Below are positions 14,602 to 30,308 of a stretch of DNA of 64,000 bases, piece after piece. This stretch comes from the human T2T-CHM13v2.0 reference genome, Homo sapiens. The translations under genes and the position numbers were made by a program. The stretch lies in the NCBI RefSeq assembly GCF_009914755.1, contig NC_060926.1; one strand, 5' to 3'. The notes under the pieces are model-generated. The model was given only the letters and a program-made list of their open reading frames with translations, made no database searches and was not told the DNA's origin. Position 1 is the stretch's first letter. Every line of letters starts with the position of its first letter.

Positions 14602-14684
14602 CTAGGTTGGTGCAAAAGTAATTGTGGTTTTTGCCACTGGGAAAAAAAATGGCTAAAACTACAATAACTTTTGCACCAACCCAA
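14602..14684. mobile_element. MADE1 (Hsmar1-derived MITE), palindromic
   Basis: TIRs 'taggttggtgcaaaagtaattgtggtttttgcca' and 'tggctaaaactacaataacttttgcaccaacccaa', flanked by TA. Confidence 0.95.
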
Positions 14685-14870
14685 TATATAAATTACTCTT
14701 AGAACTCAACGACATAAAGACAAATAGCTCAATTAAAAATAGGCAAACAACTTGAATAGATGTTTCTCCCAAAAAAGGATACACAAGTGGCCAAGAAGCA
14801 CATGAAAAGATACTTAATACCAAAGTCATTAAGGAAACGAAAATTAAAACCATGAGAATATATCACTTCA

Positions 14871-15205
<335 letters not shown>

Positions 15206-16056
15206 TCACTTCACACTCACTAGAATGGCTGTAATCAACAAGACAAACAATAACAAGTGTTTGCAAGTATGTGGAGTAATTGGAACCTTTGTGTATTGCT
15301 GATGGGAATGTATAATGGTTTAGCCACTTTGGAAAACAGTATGGCAGTTCTTCAGTTAAATGTAAAGTTACCATACGATCCAGGAATTCTACTCCTAGGT
15401 ATCTATCCAACAGAAAACACATGTTCACACATAAACTTGTGCCTAAGTGTTTATAGCAGTATTATTCACAGTTGCCAAAAAGTATGAGCAACCCAAATTT
15501 CCACCAACTGATGAATGGATAAACAAAAGGTAGTATCCATACAGTGGAATATTATTTGGTAATAAAAAAGAATGAAAAATTGGCACATCCTACAATATGG
15601 ATGAACCTCGAAATATTCTGCTAAATGAAAGAAGCCTGTCACAAAAACATTTTATGATTCTATTCACATGAAATGTCCAGAACAGGAAAATCCATATAAA
15701 GAGAAAATAGAGTAGTGGTGGCTAGAGGCTGGGTGGCTAGCAGAAAGAAGAGAGGCTGCTAATAGGTATGGGGTAACAGAAATGTTCTACAGTTAATTGT
15801 GATGATGGTTACAAAATTGGATTTTATGGTTTTTTTATATCTCAATAAAGCTGTTATTATTAAAAAACTATTCAACGAAGCTGTTGTTTTTTAGAGTATT
15901 GCATTAATGGAACTCCTATTGTTGAATTATCCTGGTGTTACTAAAACAAATCCCTAATGTTTATGACAAATTATTCTCTAAATACAGACCCAAATTAAGT
16001 TTGAAAATATTCTATCTAGAAATTTTGCATCTAATTTTGAAAATGAAATAAATCTA

Positions 16057-16707
16057 TGTATTAGTTTCCTGGAGCAGCCATAACAAAATACTGTAGTGGG
16101 ATACTACATTTATATACTGGCAATGAAAAATGGCAATAGTCTTCAAATTTATCTACAGATTCAACAGAATCCTTATCAAAATCACAGCTAACCTTTTCTC
16201 AAAATTGTCCTAAAATTCACATGGAAACTAAAAAACCCAGACTAGACATAACAATTTTGAAAAAGAACAAAGTTAGAGAACTCACACTTACTGATTTCAA
16301 AATACTGTAGTATTTTGTTATGGCCACTCCAGAAAACTAATACATAGGCAGCCTACACTAGAGACATTTATTTTCTCAAAGTTCTGGAGGTTGAAAATCC
16401 AAGATCTAGGTGTCAGCAGGTTTGGTTTCTTCCCAGGCCTCACCATTTGGCTTCCAAATGGCTGTCTTCTCACTGTGTCCTCGCATAGTCTTTCCTCTGT
16501 GTACATCCCCCAGTGTCTCTCTCTCTCTGTGTCCAAATTTCCTTTTCCCATAGCACCAGTCAGATCAAATTAGGGGCCACCCTAATTGGCCTCATTCTAG
16601 CTTAATTGCCTTTTTAAAGGTTTTACCTTCAGACAGCCACATTCTGAGTCACTGGGAGTCAGGGCTTCAACATATGAATTTGGAAGGACAGAATTCAACC
16701 CATAGCA
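16057..16707 (-). mobile_element. MLT1 (MaLR) solo LTR, interrupted by a complex templated insertion
   Basis: Starts 'tgtattagtttcct...gccataacaaa' and ends 'gaattcaacccatagca'. The 5-bp TSD atcta is at 16052-16056 and 16708-16712. Confidence 0.9.
16093..16302 (+). repeat. Diverged local copy of 7107-7323 (rearranged L1M piece)
   Basis: Both copies start 'gtagtgggata(t/c)tacatttatata' and align collinearly to 'ctcacacttac..atttcaaaa', about 80% identical by eye. Confidence 0.85.
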
Positions 16708-17837
16708 ATCTATAAATTATTTCTTTGCACTGTCCTTTTCCAATTTTGTTCCTCTAGTTATACTGACTTCTTAAAATGATTCAGTAACACCTCTTTTTTT
16801 CTGTGACTAGAACAATTCAAATACCATGGACAATATCTATTTCTTGAAGGTTTGATATATTTGAACCAAAAAAATCTCTGGACCTGGCATCTTCTGAGCA
16901 TTTGATGTCTCCCTTTTCTGTGTTGTAATGTGAATGTATTACTCTTATGTCCTCTATTGTTTTAATGAAATCTAGGACTCAAAAAGAGATACGGTATGTG
17001 CTCCGTTAGGTAGATGCTTCTATGTGAATTTGGGGGTATTTTAAATACATGTATATAATCATACTGTAAAATGTTGTGACTTTTTAAATTTTATTATATT
17101 ATTAAAAATTTTACTAACTATAAATTATTCATAATGACAAATTTAAAGACAACTAATATTTCATCTATTAAATGTACCAGAGGACACTTAACTCACCCTT
17201 TATTTTTAACATTTAGGTCAATTCTAATTTATACTAAACCAAGGTATACTTCTCTATGGATGAATCTTTTCTGTATTTGTGATTGTTATCTTAGCCTAGA
17301 TCCCTAAAAATGGGATTATTAGCTCAAAAATCATAAATATTTTAAAGTATTTATGCATGGTACCACATAATTTTCTAAAAGCATTATATCATTTTATAGA
17401 AATTATAAAAATTCACCAGCATTTCGCTTTGCCTTCACCAACATTATAATCATTTTTTTTAATGTTTGCTAATCATAGGTTTTTAAAAAAGCCTACAGTT
17501 TTTCTAATTTTCATTTGTTTACTGATAAGGTTAAAGGTTTTTCATGTTTTATTATTTCCATATGTTTATGGTCTCTGTCCATTTATATTTATGATCTTAA
17601 TGCATTTATTATCTATATATGTGGTAGAGACAGCAAATCTCCATGTATCTTGTTGCTATGAGAATTCCATTGGCTATTTGTAATCTTTTTATTTTGAGAC
17701 ATAATATATTTAAATATAGTGTAACCTATCACTCTTTTCTCTAATTCATATAATTATTTTAACCCAAAACTATTTTACAGTGAGAGATTGGATAAATATA
17801 TTAACTTTTATTTCTTTTTCATTGTTTAATTATGTAT

Positions 17838-18015
17838 ATTGATCCTTTAATTCTATTGAAAATTATTTTACTCACTTTTTAAAAGTTAATTCTGTATTGT
17901 TTTCTCATTTGACCCCTCTCTTGGTCAGGGTTCTTAGCTGAAAGCAACAGAATCCTCTTTAACTAACTTCAGCAGAAAAGGAATTTATTGAATGATACTA
18001 GGTATTTTATAGAAT
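17838..18015 (+). repeat. Donor of the 178-bp dispersed duplication (copy at 19360-19537)
   Basis: Direct alignment shows 4 substitutions in 178 bp. Confidence 0.97.
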
Positions 18016-18430
18016 TGTTGACAGAGCTGGGGAAACAGACTTGAGACTAAACTTCCAAGAATAATAAAGGCCCAAATCATGCCAGACAACTGTAAGAAAC
18101 TGTACCAACACAACTTCTGTTACTACCACCAAGTACCAGGCCCAGATTTACTTTACAGCCATCATTACTGCCTCCTGCACTGATGCCATGCCTGCATCAC
18201 AAAATTGATCTGGGAGTCAGTGCCAGATACCAACCAAACAGAAACTCCGTGAAATGTTTATTTTCTCCAAATTAAAGACTCGTGCACATCATGTGCTTAC
18301 TCTCCAGCAATGACAGAGCCTAAGAATTTGGGTTCTGAGTTTCACATCAGAGGGCACAACTCGTAACACTGGAATTTCTCCCAAATATACAAAGGATGGC
18401 AATCACATAGAGAACAAATGCCCACAAGTT
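17921..18430 (-). mobile_element. Old MaLR LTR (MLT1K/L-like)
   Basis: 'gtcagggttcttagctgaaagcaacagaatc...aacttcagcagaaaaggaatttattg' resembles the MLT1K/L terminus. The far end is approximate. Confidence 0.55.
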
Positions 18431-18574
18431 ATTTTGAGCCAAATATCCATTTTTTTCTACATTTTTCTGCTGGTTTTAAATTAATAATATTGTATTTAGA
18501 TTAAGAGCCCTTTAGGGCATAGAATTGGAAAATATGTTTCAGATATTGCAATATCACTTGAGCTTAAAGATAAA

Positions 18575-18732
18575 GAGCATAAATTCTGAAGTCAGGCTGT
18601 CCAGACTCGAATTTCAGCTTTGCCTCTTACTAGTTGTGTGACTTGGTCACATTAATTGTCTCATTTAACTTTTGTACAAAATGGAGATAGTTAAATACCT
18701 ACTTCATAGGATCATCTTGGGCATCAAATAAA
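18575..18732 (+). mobile_element. MIR SINE
   Basis: 'tctgaagtcaggctgtccagactcgaatttcagctttgcctcttactagttgtgtgacttgg...aaaatggagatag..tacctacttcatagg'. Confidence 0.75.
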
Positions 18733-19265
18733 CAGCACCAGACATCAAACAAACACTATGTGTTTTAGTGATTTTGTTTTAATCTTCTTCCCCAAGGTAT
18801 TCTTTGTCCTGCTTGAAATGTTTCCATTTACTTCTACCCTTAACTTCTGCCCTTAGCCAGTTTTCAGTCTAAGCTGTCAACTTCTGTTCTATTTCACAAC
18901 TCTGCACCTTAGATATTTGCTTCTGATGCGGAACTCTGTTAAATGCTATCTAAAATGATTTGTAAACTGTGGGCTGATTTTTCAATAGCATCAGTGCATA
19001 GGTTAAAAACTCTCTCTGAGAATAAGATATAATAGAAAGATGTTAAAGGAAGTGATTCTGAACCTCTTTCCAACATGAAGAGCTGCATACCATAATGATA
19101 CTGACTAAACATTTCATAGTTGTTTAGCCATGTGCTAAATACTTCAAATACATTACATCATATAAGTTTTGCAATCAGATTTTGATATTGTTGTTTAGGA
19201 AGTGAGTATTAAGACTCTCTTTTGGATTTGAGAAAAATGAAGCTCACAGAATTTGACTTCCATAG

Positions 19266-19914
19266 TGTGGTATCCTATGGCTGCTATAACAAATGACCAC
19301 TGACTTAGTGACTTGACCCAAATGTATTATCTTCTAGTGCTGGAGGTCAGAAGTCTGAAATTGATCCTTTAATTCTACTGAAAATTATTTTACTCACCTT
19401 TTAAAAGTTAATTCTGTATTGTTTTCTCATTTGACCCCTCTCTTGATCAGGGTTCTTAGCTGAAAGCAACAGAATCCTCTTTAACTAACTTAAGCAGAAA
19501 AGGAATTTATTGAATGATACTAGGTATTTTATAGAATCACTAAATCGTTGGGTTAAAACCAAGGTGATGGCAGGGCTTTGTTCTCCATATTCAGGCTCTT
19601 GGGAAGAATCTGTTTCTTCCCTTTTCCAGCTTCTGGAGGCCACCCATATTACTTGGCTGATGAACTTTTTCCATCTTGAAAGCCAGCACACTGCCATTCC
19701 TCCAGTTATCTCACTCTGTTTTCCTTTTCCATTTAATCCACATAAGGAGTCTAGTGATTACATTGGACTCACCAGGATAATCTGGGATAATCTTCCTATC
19801 TCAAGGTCAACTGATTTGTTATCTCCTCTGCAACCTAAATGTAAGGTAACATATTCACAGATTCCTGGGATTAGGTTGTGGACCTCTACAGGGAGCATTA
19901 CTCTGCCTGTGACA
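19266..19914 (-). mobile_element. MLT1C/D-like solo LTR carrying a 178-bp templated insertion
   Basis: 'ctatggctgctataacaaatgaccac', 'ctggaggtcagaagtctgaaat', 'gattacattggactcaccaggataatctgggataatct', and the end 'gcattactctgcctgtgaca'. Confidence 0.85.
19360..19537 (+). repeat. Inserted copy of 17838-18015
   Basis: Near-identical to 17838-18015, and it interrupts an otherwise continuous MLT1 sequence. Confidence 0.97.
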
Positions 19915-20007
19915 ATTTTTTAAAATTTGTTATTCCCCATCTTTCACAGTCCAACTACATTTCTTTTTTAAAAAATTTAGATTTAGCTTGAATTTATTTA
20001 TTTATTT

Positions 20008-21448
<1,441 letters not shown>

Positions 21449-22077
21449 TAAACCTAGATCTAGCTAGGTACAATGTAAAAATACCCTCAGTAATTCTCTA
21501 GATCAGAATAAAATTAGTTCCAATGATAGCCCTACTCTGACTCTGAAAACTGAGTGTTCTAAGAGACTTGTACTTTCCTACGATCCCCCATCTCCTTTCT
21601 AGTACCTAAACATTTACCCAATACCTCTGAAAGCAAATCTACCCAATTTGAGACTTCTGTAACTTGACTCATTTCACCATTAGCCTAACCTAAAGATGAT
21701 CATTCTCACAAAAACAACATTGCAGAAAATACCAGATGATTCATGCAAATATCAAGTTTACTTATCCTTCTACTCCCTTAGCAGTTAGTATAGGGCTTGG
21801 CATGGAGTGTGTACTCAAAAGAGTTTATTCAATAGATTATTTTAAATCTTCTTAAAATAAATCAAATTATATTTAATATTTTCTGAGCTCCTTTATTAAG
21901 AAAAGCTTAAAATCTTTATTTTTATGCCCAAGTTTTATATAAATTTTATGGTATGTCTAATGCACAAAATAGGAAGAAATTGTTAGCAAATTAATTTAAA
22001 TATTTTTAAAATATTACATAATGCCTTACAAGACTCCTAATGTGGAATACACATGAAAGTTAAAAAAACTTTTTACG

Positions 22078-22372
22078 CGCCGGGTGCAGTGGCTCATGAC
22101 TGTAACCCCAGCACTCTGGGAAGCTGAGGCAGGCAGATCACCTGAGGTCAGAAGTTTGAAACCAGCCTGGCCAACATGGTGAAACCCAATTTCTACTAAA
22201 AATACAAAAATTAGCCAGGCGTGGTGGCATGCACCTGTAATCCCAGCTACTCGGGAGGCTGAGGCAGGAGAATCGCTTGAACCCAGGAGGTGGAGTTGCA
22301 GTAAGCTGAGATTGCACCACTGCACTCCAGCCTGGACAACAGAGCGAGACTGCATCTCAAAAAAAAAAAAAA
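22078..22372 (+). mobile_element. AluS
   Basis: Full dimer with a poly(A) tail. Confidence 0.95.
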
Positions 22373-23535
22373 ATTTATGAACTTTGTGATTTTCAAATTT
22401 AATTCAAATTTAATACAGGACAAAAGGAATCTTTTTTTAAAAAAAAATCTACCAATAATAGAAAATAAAAACACATCTGAATTTTTAATTATCAGGTTCC
22501 TATGTATTACATTTTTGGTTTTCGTGTAATTATAATCCATACTATCTGAGGAATATAGTGTGATTTTTTGGGTTTCTAAGGAAGAGATTTTAACCAAGGA
22601 TATTTTCTTTGCCAAACCTTAGTGATGCATCCTTCATTGCATCATGAACCTGAGTTGTTTTCCAAACAATACTGAAGTCCCAATTCTACTGACTAACACA
22701 TAAATTATGTTTTTCTCTACCTTGTGGATTTATTTGGATTTATAAAAGTAAATCTCAATCTGTACAGCTACCCATGGATTTCCTCAGAACATTCCCAAAT
22801 CTTAAAACCATGATTATTGATATCCTAACTTATAGAAGAAAAACTAGATTATATATAAAAAATAAAGTAAGTCTTTATTACAAAGGAATACTTTTCACTG
22901 TATCATATCTAAAACTGCAATAATCTGGACAAGGGCTATCTAAAGGTAGAGCTACTAGTTGATCATTTGTTATCTCCTTTAAGGATACCTTCCCCAATCT
23001 TTGATTTGATACTTCTTGCCCTCAAGCAACTAGCTCTTTGTGTTTTTCAAAGCTTCTTTAACTTATATTCTACACTGTCCCTGTTCTCTCTTCCTTGTGT
23101 AAAGCTCGCTTGCTTGTTCCTGTGCCTTTTAGCTGGGTGGGTAACCAATGTGATAACTTAATTGGTGCCAGTGTGATAATAGGGATTATGATTAAATGGA
23201 GTAGGTTTCACATGTAATGCAATTATACTACTTAAGCATTTAATGTCATAACCCCATATGTTTATTAATTGTGAGATTTTCAAATATTAGGTCAAGTCAA
23301 TAGTGGATATTTTGAGACAAGCAGGTACTTGTGTCATACCATAATGCAATAAGCTGCTTACTCAAGGCAAGCCATAATTACAAAATTGTTATCCCATTCT
23401 TGCATGACTGCTGAAAAGAAACCTTAAAGCATACCAAAACATCACATTTTTTCTTATTATATGGATCCTTAGACAACATATGAGCTAGGACACATGTATT
23501 CTCTTATTAATCAATAGCATATGGCTTAATGCTAA

Positions 23536-23923
<388 letters not shown>

Positions 23924-25582
23924 TAATTGTATCTTTTGGTGAAAGTTTAAATAATATTCTCCATAATTCATTACTTAACTAAATTCTTACTTTTATTCTG
24001 CAACAAAATAATTGATAATTCATAAGACAAATCTATAAAGACACCACCCAGGGATTTACAGCTAAATGAAGATGAGATGACCACAAAGAGTAGACAAAGA
24101 TAAGTACTCTTTGCTTTATACCAGAAGTTAAAAACTTTAATTTCCAAGGTTATCATAAGTTTATAGTCTTAGAAAACTCATTAAAAACAGTTTGATCCAA
24201 TTTTATAGAAATCATAATATATTGGAAATATTTAAATGACAGTCTAGTTTTTTAAGAAAAATCAAAGTCCAGCTGAATCTGCAATAAATACCATCAAAAA
24301 ATATTATCATGTACAAAATAATAGGGTGACAACATTGTAGAAAATGATAGAAAAATAATTTATATGTCATGTGATTAACCACTATTTTTTTAATTCCAAA
24401 AGTCCACCATGTCTTTAAGAGACAAGATTAGTAAAATGTTAATAATTGTTAAAACCAGATGGGTTAATAAAGTTCATTAAATTAGTCTCTATTTTTGCAC
24501 ATGTTTAAACTTCTATAATAAAACATTTAAACATAAAGAAAAAGATATATAGATTATAATTACTGAAATACATAGTCTCAAAAGATAGATATTTAGTAGG
24601 TGTCAATGATAGTTCATTAACTGTCCTCTGAATCAGTAGGCAAATTTTTATCTGCTTAGGTTATGGTAAATTCATCTTTGGAAAAATAGTGGATTACAAG
24701 AGGAAATCTCAACCAAACCTGGGAAAGTAAACTAAAGAGAAATAAGAGCAGAATAATTCAATGAAAATTCTATTGTCATATAATCCTGATGATATATTAT
24801 CAAGGTTAGTAAAATGGTTGGCCAACATCTATTATTATAGAACTAATATTACAGGTATATTCTATGATAGGAGCAAAGAAGACGGTAAAAGAGAGAAAAG
24901 GTCTCAAGACTTAGAAAAGAAATTATAGTTAGGAAGCTAAAAGAATGTAGAGGCTGTGATGCAGGTAGGAAACCCATATCCAATATGGACACAGGAGTTT
25001 GAAACGGTGAATCGGTGAATAAAACATAAAAGGCCCAAGGATAAGCACTGGTAACTGAATAACACTTGTGTCTTAATGCACATTCCACCACTACATCTCC
25101 AGCACTCCCTTTCCTTCTCCCACTGCAAGTGGGTAAAAATCCATTATCAAGACTATTCAATTCCTTAAACTAAGAACACTGGGGTATTTTGAGAGACATT
25201 AGAGAGTGTGGCTAAATGTACATACTCTAGAGCCAGATGTACTCGATAACTATATCACCTTCCTTACCTGTAAGACAGAGATAACAGTAGTATTCACTTA
25301 TTTCTGTTATTACAGAGTTTGTTGAAATGATAATGTGATGGTTGACCAGTCCTTAGCCATTGGATTGCACAGAAAACTTCAAAGAAAGTAGCCCTCTTCT
25401 GTAACCACCTGGAATTTAAAATTTACCCAGAACTTTTAATAGTTTTAAACACAGATAATTATTCCCTACCAAAGAAAAGCTGAGGCATGGAAGTTGTTTA
25501 CTTTCACAAACACATTTTTCTATATTTTAAACAGGCAAGGAGCTTAAAAGATAATTTTAGAAAATGAGGCATCTGGCCTTAC

Positions 25583-25617
25583 CTCTTGATCTCTAGAAAA
25601 CCTCAGTATAAAATAGG
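25583..25617 (-). CDS. Candidate 35-nt internal exon, (A)YFILRFSRDQE, of an unidentified minus-strand gene
   Basis: On the minus strand, acceptor 'ctcctttattttttcag' and donor 'GAG|gtaagg'. Only one frame is open, and it matches the phase left by 50155-50248. Confidence 0.45.
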
Positions 25618-26129
25618 CTGAAAAAATAAAGGAGACTTTTTTCAAGCAGTTCATATTTGCCACAGTTAAACACTGCTGAGGGTAAAGTTATGGCCTTTCA
25701 AAGAAAGAATTCACTTGCTTTCCACAGCTTCAGACTCTGTACAGTGAAATGTCCATCAAAGAAGAAGATAAAGAGGGTGAGTTGACCACTTAGCTGAGAA
25801 ATAAAGATCAAAAGAGTGATGGTGTAGTAAGTGGTAGAACCATCACTGGATAAGATGTTCAGCAAAACATGTCCTAAATCCATTTTGCCTCTAAGTACAG
25901 AATCTTACCAAGTCACCCTACTTTTTCAAACTTTTTGATTATCTGTTTCTTGTGGGGATTGAATTATATTAGCTCCAAAATCCCAGCACTAAAAGTATGT
26001 AGCTCAAATCCTCACAATTCTCATCCAGTAACCTAGATGCTTTTGTAAATTTCCTCCACATTTCAAATTTTTTTTTTTTTTTTTTTGCTGCAGACCACAC
26101 TCTTGATCTAACACTTTAATATTACCTCA

Positions 26130-27510
26130 GAGGAATGTCACAAGTAGACTAGACTTTAAAGAGACATTTGATGAAGTGTCTCATTATGTTCTTGTGAATG
26201 AAAGAGACACATGAGCTGGGTAATACTACAGTATGTGGATTTATATTTTTTCTATCTACTATACCAAAAGAATAATAATTGACTGATGATTGGTTCATTA
26301 ATTACTTCATTAGTTAATAGATTGCAGTCTTTATAAATAAGTTTATAGTTGTATTCCACAGAATTTCTGATCCTGTCTCTGCCCTACCCAATGTTTTATC
26401 ATTAAACTTCATTTACATAAGATAGTATGTTCAACAAATATAAAGATTTGCTGGAATGGAAGGCACAGTAAGATATTTCACAGGATAAAATTAAAGTAGA
26501 TGTCAACAGAGTAAATCAAAGTGAAATTTAATAGAGTTAAACAGTAAGTGTTTTAAATACCAGGATTAAATTCCATGAAGCTGCAGCTTTTAAAAAAAGG
26601 CACAAAGTGGAATAAGAAAAAATGACTTTCAGAAAGTTAATGTAAAGAAAGCTCACGGTTTTCATTGGCTGCCTGCTCAGTTTGAGGTGATCTCATGATG
26701 TGGTGAATAAGTAGACACTGTCTCTCCGAGCTACCTTGACAGAAGTGTGGTGACCAGAACTAGGTAGAGATGGGCCTATTACATTCTGTGCTACTCATAA
26801 GTCACCTATCGTATCACAATTTAGTTCTTGGTACCACACTCTAGTAGGAAAATATATCATCAAAAGATATTCAAAGTAGAGGGCAAAGGTGGAGAAGAAT
26901 ATTTTTAAAAATTAATTATGAAAAACAGCTGGAAGAACTTAAGTTGCTAATTCTATAAAGTATTTAAATATTGATAGGGCATGAAGAAGAAAAGAAGCAT
27001 AATAACAGAAAGGAAGAGGAGGAAACCTAAGATTTGACAACTACACCAACAATTCATGCATTAATTTAGCAAATATTTACTGAGGACCAATTATGTGCCA
27101 GGCCTGATACGAGCTGCTAAAGATTCAGAAAGAATAGTCTCCACCCTTAAAGGCATTTACAATATTACAGAAGAAACAAGCAAAGAAGTGACTGCAATAA
27201 GATTGATTAGCGCTATCAGAGCACATAGGACAGATATGTAGCACTGGATGAACTTGACAAGATTTCCCAGATAAGATGTCTGTGTCTGGCACTGAGCCAC
27301 TTAATGGCATCTCATTTATCCACCTGGCTTCATATGACTATAATAAATATGATTATAAGCCTTCAGTTAGGAGTTATGTGGAGAGATTTTTGGCTAAATG
27401 TGAAGAAATATTTTGAAATTTGTAGTTGTCTAAGAATAGAATAGTTGCCATGTAAGTGACGTGTCCCCTGCTATTCGAAGAGTTTGAAAAGAAGATTAAC
27501 AATCAATTAT
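26130..27510 (+). mobile_element. Ancient CR1/L3 LINE relic (with an L2 piece at ~27050-27260)
   Basis: RT-like 'gacttagactttaaagagacatttgatgaagtgtctcat' (LDFxKAFDxVSH-like) and a CR1-like 3' end near 27420-27505. Confidence 0.6.
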
Positions 27511-27699
27511 TACACTGCATTATATTCTATTTCTCCTGGCTCTAAATTTTGAATTCTTTCTATGCTTAAAAATCACTAAACTTGTAGATTGGCAGAATAA
27601 TAAATTTTGACTATTCCCTACCATATGCTCAAATCCTTGTGGAATGATTTGATGTAGTGATATAAAGGAAATGAATAGTAGAGAGTTGGACTTAATAGT

Positions 27700-27868
27700 C
27701 CAAAATACTTGTCTTCCACATCAGAATCACCTGGAAAGCTCTATTTAAGATATAAATAACAAGAATATCACCTAAAAGAATGATTTGATAAAGCTGAGAT
27801 GAAATCAGGGCATCTTTACGTTTTAAAATTTCCCCAAAGTTGTTCACGGCCAGGTTAGAGAATTGCTG
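27700..27868. mobile_element. MER5-type hAT MITE
   Basis: 'catcagaatcacctggaaagct...gcatctttacgttttaaaatttcccca...ggttagagaattgctg'. Confidence 0.65.
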
Positions 27869-28404
27869 GACTCAGTGACTTCTAAGGTCTTTTAAAATTC
27901 CAAGATTCTACTGTCTCCTCAATTCCCATTCCCATGAAAACTTATTTGATGCAATCCATTTCTTTAATTAATTTAATGTTCTTATCCTGCTATCAAGGCA
28001 GCCTGATTTCTGGTAATAAATGTGCCTCAGTTGTATTTTTAAGAAGCTACTTTTCTTACTTCAATTGTGTAACTTGGGTTCTACCACTGATTAATTCTCT
28101 GGGTTACAGATAGGACACTTTGCCCAGTAACAAAAATAAACACAGACCTAGATTGGATTGGGATTCCTAAATCAAGCAAGTTGCTCAATTAAAACCAGAT
28201 TGTGATCTTTTGTTCATACTACTTCTCATTTTTATTTTCTTTTTGTTTGTTATTTATGGAAATGTATCATCCAGAGAACGAAAACTACATCCATATATGT
28301 ATGTATAAAAAGGCAAACCTGTCCACTATATAGTTTGGGCCACAACAAGATCGTAAATTATGTAGTTGAATGTAATCTCTGGCCTGACAAAAAGCATTAA
28401 TAGG

Positions 28405-29218
<814 letters not shown>

Positions 29219-29464
29219 ATGTCCAAAGGGGAGAGATCTTCCCATAGGTTTCTCTAAGTCCAGATTGTATCACCAATATCATATATTCTTAGAGGAAACA
29301 AATATTTTAGGCCAGCATAAAGTCTATGTAAGCTTCATTGCACAAATTTTCCAGTGTCTAGTTTGGCTGCTCAAAGTCTTTTTTCACTTATTTTTATATT
29401 CTGGATCATACTATTAAATGGGTCATTAGCAAACAAGGGAATTGTTACTCTATAAGACACTGCC

Positions 29465-29825
29465 TAATGTGATTTGGCTATGTCCCATCCAAATCTCATC
29501 TTGAATTGTAGCTCCCATAATCCCATGTGTCGTGGGAGGGACCCAGTGGTAGGTAATTGAATCATGGAGGTGGGTTTTCCTATGCCATTCTCATGATAGT
29601 GAATAAGTATCACAAGATCTGATGGTTTTATAAGAGGCAGTTCCCCTGCACATGCTGTCTTGCCTGCCACCATGTAAGATGTGCCTTTGCTCTTCCTTCA
29701 CCTTCCGCCATGACTGTGAGGCCTCCCCAGACATGTGGAACTGTAAATCCATTAAACTTCTTTTTCTTTATAAATTACCCAGTCTTGGGTATTTCCTCAT
29801 AGCAGTATGAGAACGGACTAATACA
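29465..29825 (+). mobile_element. THE1 (C/D-like) solo LTR
   Basis: Typical THE1 sequence from 'tttggctatgtcccatccaaatctcatcttgaattgtag' to 'gaacggactaataca'. The 5-bp TSD ctgcc is at 29460-29464 and 29826-29830. Confidence 0.95.
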
Positions 29826-30220
29826 CTGCCCTACCTTCAATCAGCTTGGTAAATTAGCCTTAAGTATGTGCATACTTAGAGTTGTGCAGACATCATAGAG
29901 TGTAAATCACATGGTTATAAGTAGATACATACCATATTTAAAGATTCATACTGATTATACTGTATGTTCCCAAAATTAAATTGGAGTCATTAATTAGTAC
30001 AATATTACCTAATTTAGTTTAACTACTTGCTCTCTAATTTCTGCTATGAATGCCTATATCAATATGAACTAACTCTGGATTCATTTAAGCCTTCTTGATT
30101 TTCTTGCCATACCTCTGAGTTCTGTGATGCTACAAGACACTAATTTCCAATTCATATCATTATAAATTAAGACATTTTAATTTAAAAACTATAACATAAA
30201 GCCAGTATAATCTAGTTAAG

Positions 30221-30308
30221 GGTACAATGAGACGAGATCACACTACTGCACTCCAGCCTGGGCAACAGACTAAAATCCTGTCTCAAAAAAAAAAAAAAAA
30301 AAAAAAAA
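30221..30308 (+). mobile_element. 5'-truncated Alu 3' end
   Basis: 'gagatcacactactgcactccagcctgggcaacaga..ctgtctc' followed by poly(A). Possible TSD aatcta(g/c)tta. Confidence 0.88.

Noticed and set aside
16056-16345. A new TIR DNA transposon (37-bp inverted ends)
   Set aside because: The left 'TIR' is the MLT1 LTR terminus, bounded by the LTR's own 5-bp TSD, and the interior is copied from 7107-7323. Template switching explains it better unless other genomic copies exist.
19510-19923. 137-aa ORF starting in the duplicated segment
   Set aside because: It begins at a TTG and runs through antisense MLT1 LTR sequence, with no coding signature.
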